Source: Phoronis australis (lineage: Eukaryota; Animalia; Phoronida). Taken from it: DNA of 64,000 bases. The stretch's first letter is position 1. Each line of letters begins with the position of its first letter. Made by a program: the position numbers and the translations under genes. The stretch lies in contig NMRA01000112.1 in the NCBI GenBank assembly GCA_002633005.1, forward strand, positions 823,063 through 887,062, in the 5' to 3' direction. The notes under the pieces were generated by a model. The model ran no database searches. It saw only the letters and a list, made by a program, of their open reading frames with translations, and had not been told where the DNA came from. This document shows positions 43,501 to 55,500 of this stretch, piece by piece.

Positions 43501-46500
43501 GTTACTGACCCACGCAAAACCAGGACGCTAGCTGGTCGCACAGAGATGGGTAGATAAGCGTCTCCATTGTTCCCGTTTATATAATAAAGATAATGACAAA
43601 CTTTTATCGGTAACCGTCTGTTGTACAATATACGCCCAAGGTACGATATCCATGCGACTTGTATTGTTATAAATGATGTCGTATGCAGATTGCAAGGTAT
43701 TATTTAACTTGGGACGGTCGCACACTCGTCGCAAGGCTGTCATCTGTCAAACGTATCAGTGTTTCCTTTGTTGCGTCGGTGTTGGATATAACAATACAGG
43801 TCTCATGAAAATCGTACCTTGGGCGTATATCAGACGGTTACCAATGAATGCTTGTCACTATATTTATCATTACAACGAAAACAATAGAGATTCTAATATA
43901 TTAAAATACCGATCTCTGATTTCATTGTAAGTCTAAAGCTTGTCCTTGACGAATGTTCGGTAAAATGTGAATGTAACTACTGGAACACCAGACGTCAATT
44001 ATATTAGAGATGTCTGTTACAATTACGAAATACATGCAGTTAATTTCTATCGAATAACAACTTCATTCATTCCTAATGGAATGCGTTTTAAGACCATCGA
44101 TATCCATCGCCCCAAATACTTTTACTTCCTGTGAAAATAGCAAGAAATGAATTATCCGAAATGTTTGTAAATTAAGGTTAGTTAAATTTACAGTTTGACA
44201 TCTTGGTAAAGTTCAGTTGGATTCCGTGGCTCACGTTCATCAATAATCAACATAAGATTATACCACTCCTTTGGGTGGTAGTTCTTGTGATTGCGGGCAT
44301 TTACATGNGCGAAGTTTAAAGTGAGTAAGTTCTTTCGAAGGGTTTGATTACTGTGCAGTTATATGCACCGTAATCTTTCTTAAGATCAGTGTGTTCCAGT
44401 AGCGGATTTGGAGGGGGGTAAAAGGGGCCCGTGTCCCCTACTAAAATTCTCCCAGAATCCATTTGGCAGTTCGGGGATGCGAATATCTGACGGCCAAAAT
44501 CCGGGATAATACTCTGCTCTGCCCCCCACTAACTCAAAATCCTGGATCCTCCCCTGCGTTCACGTGAAAGCAATATTGACGCCTGCGGGTTAATGTTTGA
44601 CGTGCAATTCTTGTATGATGTGCATGGGACTTCCTTCTACACTTTTCACTGCGCGGACTTCCAACCCTGTTTGAGGGTTGACTTACCGATCGACTAGCAA
44701 AAGCACCTACCTCTCCGTTGCAAATTCCCTATTGCGAAACGTTTGGCAAGGCATCATTTCATTGCAGTGGTGTTCGAGCCTTGAATGAAGTTTCTCACCA
44801 CATTAAAGGCATCACACCCTTCCTTCTTTTAAACGATCAACTACAACCATTTTGTTTAATAAACTGCCTAATAACGAGGGTAACAGGCCTGTCTATTACT
44901 GAATTTTACTTTTATATTCTATATTCTGATAGCTACTTTTGTTGTTCATATCGCCTATCTTTATTTCCAAGTATCATTTGTGCATTTAAATCTATTTGTA
45001 TTTTGTTCCGGTTTTGGTATGTTTACCTTTTCATTTGAACTATTGAATCTTTTTCCAACAACAATTGATACATGTATAATAAATACCTGCCTTTTTACTA
45101 TCCATGTTTCCCACTTGTACTTTTATTCATTTTCATTTTCCATTATTTTCTGTTATTTTTGTATATGTGTGAGCCAAATAAATAAATTAAAAGTAAAAGG
45201 CTCGGGAACAAAACTTGCGTGATCATACGCTTCGCAAGTAATGAATAGCGATATCTCCCTTTTCTCGCTAGAAATTTGCTCTACGAACGCAGCTCAGGTC
45301 ATATCATTATTACGTAGCCGTCAAATCCAAACACACTGGTGTAGCTAGTAGAGGCATGATTGTCATTCATTTCAATTTTGCATTTTGTCCCCCTATAAAA
45401 GGTCATGCGTTTCATCGCCATCCCTGGTGGCCAGCAAGTTCGTGTTTGCCCTCCCTGTCGAATACTTCTGGCTATGTCAGTGTTTTCTCAAGCATACGGC
45501 ACGACATGGTGTTTCAAAAAGACAAGTAAAACTGTTGATTTGCTAACGAGTTGAGTGACAAATGGTTGTTCGCGATTTCGTATTGTATGTAATTATTCCA
45601 ATCAATTCGTCAAAATTTGTCTTAACTTCCTGCAATGTAGCCAGATGTATTCATTGCCTTCTTAGACTAAAAACAACTTGCAGCTGCTCACGTTTGTAGT
45701 ATCTCTAAGTTACTGACCCACGCAAAACCAAAACGCTAGCTGGTCGCGCAGAGATGGGTAGATAAGCGTCTCCATTGTTCCCGTTTATATAATAAAGATA
45801 ATGACAAACTTTTATCGGTAACCGTCTGTTGTACAATGTACGCCCAAGGTACGATATCCATGCGACTTGTATTGTTATAAATGATGTCGTATGCAGATTG
45901 CAAGGTATTATTTAACTTGGGACGGTCGCACACTCGTCGCAAGGCTGTCATCTGTCAGACGTATCAGTATTTCCTTTGTTGCGTCGGTGTTGGATATAAC
46001 AATACAGGTCTCATGAAAATCGTACCTTGGGCGTACATCAGACGGTTACCAATGAATGCTTGTCACTATATTTATCATTACAACGAAAACAATAGAGATT
46101 CTAATATATTAAAATACCGATCTCTGATTTCATTGTAAGTCTAAAGCTTGTCCTTGACGAATGTTCGGTAAAATGTAAATGTAACTACTGGAACACCAGA
46201 CGTCAATTATATTAGAGATGTCTGTTACAATTACGAAATACATGCAGTTAATTTCTATCGAATAACAACTTCATTCATTCCTAATGGAATGCGTTTTAAG
46301 ATCATCGATATCCATCGCCCCAAATACTTTTACTTCCTGTGAAAATAGCAAGAAATGAATTATCCGAAATGTTTGTAAATTAAGGTTAGTTAAATTTACA
46401 GTTTGACATCTTGGTAAAGTTCAGTTGGATTCCGTGGCTCACGTTCATCAATAATCAACATAAGATTATACCACTCCTTTGGGTGGCAGTTCTTGTGATT

Positions 46501-49500
46501 GCGGGCATTTACATGTACATCGTGAAGTAAAACTGCTACTACAATATTTTATGCACTTACTTAAAATTAAATCAGCGGCCAGGCTGAAATCCGTTAGATT
46601 CTGACACAATGTAAGTTGTAAAATGCGAGTCTTTTGTTCTTGTATTCAGCTTATAGACTGCACTGACGGGGTGTCCGAAAACTTCCATATTTAAAACACG
46701 TGCAGTATGTTTTCAACATCATAAAACTTAAACCTTTCTCAGATGTACTGCGTGCCACAATCTTGAGTTAGGTGTCTACAAATTAGCTACGTAATGCTCA
46801 TGCCGAGTTCAACTAATCCCCGGCATCATATTCTAAAGAGTAAACGCGTAACGGTAACTTGTGATTTTACTTCGCAAGTCAGCGCCAGCGTGTATTATTT
46901 TACTTAGACCCTGTCGTGCTATCTCCTCATGTAACTGTGTGCGGTATTTTCAGATAAAACGGGAAGCATATCATTATCTTGTGTTGTCGGGCATCAGAAG
47001 CAAACCAAAGCGACCTTTCTGGATTTGATAACTTCCTGTCTCTCTTTCTCGTAAAAGTTCTCTTTGCAGAACTGTTGAGCGGACCAACTAAATTTCGTAA
47101 ATTTCCACGGCGTACGTGTTGTAAGGGACCTGACTTGAGGTCCAGACGGTCTAGCCACCTAGTGACTTCGTTTATGGCAAAATCAGCCACCAGGTAGCGA
47201 GCCCGACATGACCGCGATTTGGCTCAAAAGAATCTGCCTTCTGATAGGTGGTGGAAGTCGACGACATTTTCAGTCTGTTGAAATTGTTACCAGTAAATGA
47301 ACAAGACAAAATGAAGCACAGTAAATAAAAGTATGGCCAATTGACTTTGCTTTTGATGCTCTGGTAATTTATGTCAAGATTTTTAGCCTGACGACACCCA
47401 CATGTGGCATGTGGAGAGAGCAAGGTAATACACAAAGTGTTGGGGCATAAATGAAACATGACGCGCCATTGACAAATACATGTACATGTATGTAAACGGA
47501 TGATTATACGAGATTTTGCGAAATTTTTGTCTCATCTTAAACACAGCATAGTTCGTTCAGTGATCTCGCCATCGTAACCGAAATTTTATACATTAAAACA
47601 CTGTGCTATAAATAAACATTTACTTTTGATGGTGATTATAGATGAATAAATTTACAGCCCAAACCACGCGTTGTCACATTAATGACTCGTTCCGACAAGA
47701 AGCGCCTTTCTCGCTAAAACAGAAACACACCACAACGCGCTTGCCGGGATCATGAGACCGGTAGCTGAGTGCACGCGCATGCGACTACTGTTAGGCTTAG
47801 AAAAACCCGGAAAATCTCGAGTATTTCCATGGCCTCAGACATCCCACAGGGGAACGTTATCCGTGAACGCAAATTCTGTTAAAAGGACAATGATTTTCTT
47901 GTGTTGAAAGTCTCTTGCTTGACTTGCCGTTTGACCTGCATACACTGTATGCGAAGATGGCGTATACAAAAACACTCAATATATTCTGAATGACTGGGAA
48001 ATCACGTACATATGATACACGGTACTGTTAGCTCTCGTATTAACAGAAAGGTAAACGATGAGGTTGTTTTTTTTTACAGTTCAAGTGCTCACGGGCATTT
48101 TAAGTGATTAACACAGATCGAAATCTTTTTTGTAGGAGCACCTCTCAACGTGGACTTAGATATCGTAGTAGCCAGTTTTGACAGCATATCAGAAGTCAAT
48201 ATGGTAAGCTATAAAGAGCTCGCACTTTTCACTTAGAAAAATAATGAATTAGTTAATGGTATTGTTAGTTTTGGCGTTCACGAGGAATAGCAAGAGGCTT
48301 TGAAAATCCTGCCGTCTTGTTGTGCATCGTGGGGCCAACTTGCTATCTGGAATTCGCTTCACATTAAGTATATATATTTGAAAGAAATTAACAAAGGGAA
48401 ATTAGATAAACTATAGCTTATTACACATAGACCGATTTTGGTAATTTCTATTGTATAAATCTACTAAATGATATTTCGTAGTTGTGTTTTAAATTTACTA
48501 TTAAACGTCGAGTTTATATAGCTCATGTTAAATCTCAGTAAGTGCATGTCTATTACAATCAATTACATTCCGCATTTACTTGTTTAAAAGAGTGCCACCC
48601 ACTCTTGCTAATCAGTTGACAAATGAACAGCAGATATTTTTGTCAAGAGCCTGAATAAATTATAAACCTGTATTTGCATATGTAATTAAGGCAATGTGTG
48701 TGAGAAAACCATCAACCTACACATGTTGTTATTTAGCGGTAGATACCATATCTACTCCTCTGAGATCCTACGTAAAGAACCAATGTGACCGTATTCAATA
48801 GAACCAAAGATCATAAGGAACGGACTCGCAACTCCGATATTTCCCTTCGAAATTCCCCAAGGAAGCGCCTTTGTCTTCCATTGTTGAAGCAACTCGACTT
48901 CCTTTTTGGTGAGCAGGAGACGTTAAGTAAAACATGCCATCACACCAGTCGCCGCTAGTGAATAGTGAACCATTGTATAGTTAGTCTCCACTTGTGTACG
49001 TTGGAAATTTTCGGAGATCGCCCATGCCACATGACATCGGATGAATTTCGCAAGCCATTGTTTAACTTGCGTGATCCATGCGGCACATGGTTCTATGGGA
49101 CGCTGCCATTATTTTCCTTTGTTGCGTTTTTGTTGGATATAACAATACAAGTGCAACGGATGTTGTACCTTGGGCACACATCAGCCAATTAATGATAAAT
49201 GCTTACCATTATGAGAAAGAAAAAAAAACAAAGTGAACAAAGGATACGCCTATCTACTGATATCCAGGCGACGAGCTTGCGACCTACTTTCCCGAGGATG
49301 GTGGTGCGTGTACTACATATACTCTACTACCGATGACAGTTGTTTAAATTACATATAACAAACCTCGTTTCGTTCACAGGATTATACAGTAACTATATAT
49401 TTGAACCAATATTGGCGAGACGAGAGGCTTCAATATTCCAACGACCCAAACGATCAAATGACCTTAACCGGTGACTTCGCAGAAAAGATCTGGGTTCCCG

Positions 49501-52500
49501 ACACATTCTTTGCTAACGATAAGAACTCCTTCCTCCACGACGTCACGGAAAGAAACAAACGAGTGCGACTCTTCGGAGACGGAAACATTACATACGGAAT
49601 GAGGTAGATATATTTTAATTGTTCCATCTTAAACTACTGGCAGCACCACACAGTTCTCAATGTTAATTAAACAAGTTTTTTTAAAGTGATCGCTTATCTG
49701 AAATCTGTGTTTGTTCACAATACGAGGAGAAGGTTGAGACGCCCTTCAATGCTTCTCAGTAAAGACTTAGTCATAACTGATATTTTTTATATTCAATACT
49801 CCTAATGAACACGTGAATCGAATTCTCATAATTTTACAAAAGCAGGTTATACGCAAAGATGCTTTGATAGCAAAATTAAATCGTTTACGATAGCCATGGC
49901 TAAATTAGATTGAATTTAGCAACGAATTGCTATTTGGGGGCGTTATACTCCTGCATCGTATGCCAGGGATCGATATGTAATGACGTTGGAATGTTATGAA
50001 GTAGCATAATATTAATGTACATGACAAGTTAGCGCAGCAACAGATATTTTAATATCGAACATTAAATGTTGAAATTAGAATTGAAACCAGTAGGATTAGT
50101 GACAAACTTTTCACAATTGACTATAAAAATTATAAGACTCGGGTGAGAAACAACATTACCGCCTGAACCAAAACAAGAACTACGGTCCTCCACAAAACAG
50201 GATGGGGGGGGGATCAATGGGAACTAAGGGATCCGAAAATGAGAGGGATTCACCCTAAAGACATGACCACAAAACTAGACCTCTATGGACCGACCATGAC
50301 TGCCGGGATCACAACATGACAGCTCCACCACGTTGTGATGACACGCATAAAATAGTTGAAAGAAGGTCGATCACGTACAATTATTTCGCTGTTTATATAA
50401 TATTTAATTGTTGTTGGAGTCAAATTTACATGAATTATTGATGTGCGTCAAGTAACTATTAGATTTTGAAAACTAGTCTCTTTCGCAGACTATATGAGTT
50501 TTTGAGTCGTGGTATTAAAANACTGGCAGCAACACACAGTTCTCAATGTTAATTAAACAAGTTTTTTTTAAAGTGATCGCTTATCTGAAATCTGTGTTTG
50601 TTCACAATACGAGGAGAAGGTTGAGACGCCCTTCAATGCCTCTCAGTAAAGACTCAGTCATAACTGATATTTTTTATATTCAATACACCTAATGAACACG
50701 TGAATCGAATTCTCATAATGTTACAAAAGCATGTTAGACGCAAAGATGCTTTGATAGCAAAATTAAATCGTTTACGATAGCCATGGCTAAATTAGATTGA
50801 AGTTAGCAACGAATAGCTATTTGGGGGCTTTATACTCCTGCATCGTATGCCAGGGATCGATATGTAATAACGTTGGAATGTTATGAAGTAGCATAATATT
50901 AATGTACATGACAAGTTAGCGCAGCAATAGATATTTTAATATCGAACATTAAATGTTGAAATTAGAATTGAAAACAGTAGGATTAGTGACAAACTTTTCA
51001 CAATTGACTATAAAAATTATGACTCGGGTGAGAAACAACATTACCACCGGAACCAAAACAAGAACTACGGTCCTCCACAAAACAGGATGGGGGGATCAAA
51101 GGGAACTAAGGGATCCGAAAATGAGAGGGATTCACCCTAAAGACATGACCACAAAACTAGACCTCTATGGACCGACCATGACTGCCGGGATCACAACATG
51201 GCAGCTCCACCACGTTGTGATGACACGCATAAAATAGTTGAAAGAAGGTCGATCATGTACAATTATTTCGCTGTTTATATAATATTTAATTGTTGTTGGA
51301 GTCAAATTTACATGAATTATTGATGTGCGTCAAGTAACTATTAGATTTTGAAAACTAGTCTCTTTCGCAGACTATATGAGTTTTTGAGTCGTGGTATTAA
51401 AACGGAACAAAGAACGGAATAATCTATTGTTGCGCGTATGCACTCAATTTGGCCTACGTGCGCAATCACCGACAACAACGAAATGTCCGACATCAAATCC
51501 GTTTTAAATGATTGCAGTGTATTCGAATCTTGCGTTCATCAGATTCAGAATTACCATTCAACTACTCAGGCGATAAACAGCGTATCGAATAAAACCACGC
51601 AGCGCGGTGTTTTTTAGGAAAATGGCGCACCGATGTCCTCTGACCAAACAGACTTCAACAACAGTAAAATGAATAAATATAAATAAAAGCCATCCATGTC
51701 GCATATTTTTTGCTAATTAGCGATAAATTTATGTACTATGTTAGTTTTGAGAACCAAGTATACACCCACTTTGTCCAATTTGACGTCTTAACGTCTTAGT
51801 CCATTCAAAACCGTGTTCTAGGATAACTGGTTATTGGGAAAAGGATCGCCATAACCGGCATTATACATGAGCATCAAGAACATTTTGTTACGCAGTCATG
51901 TTCGGTAGCCCCTGGCCCATTTGATCCCCCAAGTCCTGTTTCGCAGCGAGTCAGTCCAATTTGGAGGACCGGTGATCCTGTTTTATGTCCTGAGGTCATG
52001 TTGTTTCTCCCCCGTGCAAGAGATCGAGACAAAATCGCATTACATGTTACGCTTTCGTGTCCTAGCGCAGGAAACTACATGCAGGTATCATAAAGATATT
52101 TGTACTACATTGCCACGTTAGAAATAACGATTTCAGGCATCTTTTGACCTCGAAGACATTAATCACTGGCGGATCTAGGATTTTGAGTTAGGGGGGGCCA
52201 GGGCAGAGTATTAGCCAGGAATTAGATATTGCTTCTCAGACAATCGCACTCCCGAAAGGCCAAAAGGGGGAGAGATGGGGAGAGATGGGGAGAGATGGGG
52301 AGAGGGATTCCCCCTCCCGTCTAAGAGATGTTTTATTTAGTGTCTCGTATTTTCCTTGATATCTGAAGTATAATCAGCCCTCAACAAAACTTAAAGTGCC
52401 AGGTTACTCTTTGCGTCGAGCACGACCAAACCCCACTGTCCTTCCGAATGAGTTGGAATCATCATCCAAAGTCAAATTTTCTAAATTGCCGATAAAAACA

Positions 52501-55500
52501 CTCATAATTCATGACTTGCGCATGTCTTTCTGCCGAGTGCATTTAAGAATGTCTTACATGTGTGTGAATAGGAACTCCGCCAGTCGTGGAGCACCCGGGC
52601 GCTCCGCGACGCACTTTCCTCCGACGAAAGCTGTTGAATAAGGCATGATGCATGTATGGCACAATTTAAAACACGCAATTTTCGAGTGTTTGAACAGCAC
52701 TTGGTTTTTGGAACCGTTTCGAAGGGGGCAGTGAAAGATAACTAGTCCGCCAATTTCTTATCTACTCTCAAATATCACAGGGAACTGTTGGGTAGCATCT
52801 CTTGCACAGATCTCAGTGAATTCACGTTTTCACAATAAAAATACTAGATCGACTGCAATTGTGATCTCGTTGCACTTAATCATCCCGTAATCATGCGCGC
52901 ACTCAGCCTAAAAATGGGGTCTCAGATTTTTCAGGAATGTGAACTTTTACTAAGATTCACGGGGTACGTTCAAAGCAATAAAATGTGCATTCGCCGAATT
53001 TGGGTAGATCCTGCTTTTTTAGTGCACTTTTGTCTCGTTTTGTACTTTTCCGGAGTTTTTATTTCTCTGAGACTGACTGTTTTGCCCACTTCGCCAAATA
53101 AGGAACATGTTCGAGCCGCTCAAGCCCCCCTGGATGGGTGCATGGTAATAAGGCCTACAATATTGGCTCGTCACAGTCTAGATTGCTTCTTTCTGTATGC
53201 AATCTTCCATGCATTCAAGGATGTCGTTTTGAGGTCTTGCTTAGGACAGTCACGTGTTCAGGTGCTCGGAGAGAATTACGTCTATTCTGATGCTTACCAA
53301 AGCCGGTAGCGGAAAACTAACCATCAACTTCTTTTGAGTGTATTACAAACTAAACTTTTGCAGCTACGCTCAATTGGAACTTCGTTTCCTGCAACCAGAC
53401 TTCTGACCCTTGTCGTTATGTGTCTTTGGTGGAAGTTTGTAAGATGGCGGTTGCTCTCTGGTTTTAATGACATTAAATTTGGCCACGTGGTCAGTGGATG
53501 CTCAGTTGACGTAGCTGCTAATTTCGTAAATATATGTTTTACGGGACATTTATGTTTGATCGCACTGTGTACCGCATTCGGGATCATTCTCAGAATCATT
53601 CCGATCACTTATCTCGATTGTTCATCTGACTTTGACTGTGCTATATCATCTTCCTGAGCCTCTTTTAGGAGGCTGTGTACTACAAAGAAAGGTAAATTAC
53701 GTCCAGTTTAACTAGAATGCAATGTTTTGCGCATTGCCAGTTAAACAAAAATCAAATGTTTTTACCAGTGATATAGCTACCATTGACGCACTGATGGAGA
53801 TGCTGCATTTTCAAAAAACTGACTGAAAATCATAGCCAGGGATCCATTTTATTTTAAAGGTGGTTCGTCCGGTCGTTGCCAAGACGGGCGTACCTTAGAT
53901 TTGGCAATCAGTTCATCAAAGAAGTGGTTTCTGAAGATGGATCCTCTATACATTACAGTGATTCTTTTGCTAATAGTAGTCGTTTCATTTGTGCCTCATA
54001 CGGACACAAAACGTAAGTTTGAGGCGAAAACAATGCTGAGATTAAAGACAACAATTTATTGCGCGAGTTGACCGGCGATGACGCAGTGCGTGATCTTAAA
54101 ACGAACCTGCCTGGAACCAGTGTATACGAATCGTTGAGGAAATATCGGCGATGGAGGAATTTTGCGTGGGCTATTTACCGATATACACGGCTGTGTGAGT
54201 CTTGCAGCGTCAACTTATGCAAGGTCCTTAGCTTGCGAATGTCTATATTTCAGCGCACACTCGTCGCCCCTTGTCAAGAATAGGCAATTTTTTTACTTAT
54301 TTGTGAACGTGGCACCAGGTACATGTATTTACAGTGTATATATGACGAGTCAATGATAGTCCGATTCTAGTTTCCCTTAAAAAGGGGATTCAACGGACAA
54401 AAACTATGTCTTATGACACGTGAAATTAGACGAGAACATCCAAAAGCACTTGCTTACCTGATCTTTTATTGGAAAACCAGTGTTCTCACTTCAGGAACAT
54501 CTTGGCCATTGCTTGAGAATGACTTCCACTAAACTAACCCGTCACATTGGTTCTCTTGGGTGCAGGCGCGGACTATTCACTACAAAACTGCGGTTATTTT
54601 TAGACTAAAGTAAAATGTGCGATTTTTTCTTTACGGAACCTGAGATAATTTTAGGAAGGGGGACATGGCACTCTTGTCCCAGCGCCTCAATCTAGTTTGG
54701 TTCTCTTCGCTGCGAACGTACAGTTAACCACAAAAATATATTAGATATATTAAAATAAGTTTCTGCTTGTTTATATTAACTTTGATTAAAACTGATCAAT
54801 TTGCGATGCGTATAGATGTCTTGTTAAAACAAAGAACTTGGACATGCACAACCATATTCACTGTCTAAATTGCATTACACACCGCACAGCCAATTAGTTA
54901 TGAGTGCGTGTACTTAAGAGATCACCATCGCAACCACGAGACGCCTTCTTGTGATGCCGCAACTCATTAAAGGAAGTTTGTTAGAGCTTCAGAGTTCACA
55001 AGTAACGTTTACAAGTAATTTTCTAATGAACTAGCTTGATTTAGAATTATCCCGCTTTCATGTAGATGTGAGCTAACAACTATCAATGGCGAACATTGCA
55101 AATGGCAACTACATGTAGGCTCATATGATGGTGGTATCAATGTAAATGAACCTGGGATTTCTGCTTGGTAACGACGTTTCTGTTTCCCGAAAGTAACCAC
55201 GGGGGTGCGCTCAGTAGACCAGACAAATCTCGCCAAAAACAAAACCGAACAATTAATCACGCAAGCAAAATGAGATAGCTTCTCGAGTATGGTCGAGACC
55301 GTATTAGCACAACCTAGCATACTTGCGCAACTAAAATAATTGGTCGGTGAGGTTGGGAAGGTGAATTATGGTATTGAATGCTCGCTGCACGTGCATGTAT
55401 TAAATCTCTTCGACACACGGCCCAGGCTTATCTTCTGAAACGGGAGCGTAGTAAGGGAAAAGCCCGGTAGAGTCTAATGTGTAATTACCCTTTAAACATG

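Larger units (their letters stand above)
42097..46515 (+). repeat. 2.2-kb tandem duplication (42097-44307 and 44309-46515) separated by a single N
   Basis: Copies are near identical by eye (scattered SNPs and small indels); junction ttacatgNgcgaag at 44308. Confidence 0.95.

Noticed and set aside
50953-51237. 94-aa ORF intact in the second copy of the 0.88-kb duplication
   Set aside because: Broken by stops and indels in the other copy; no recognisable domain.
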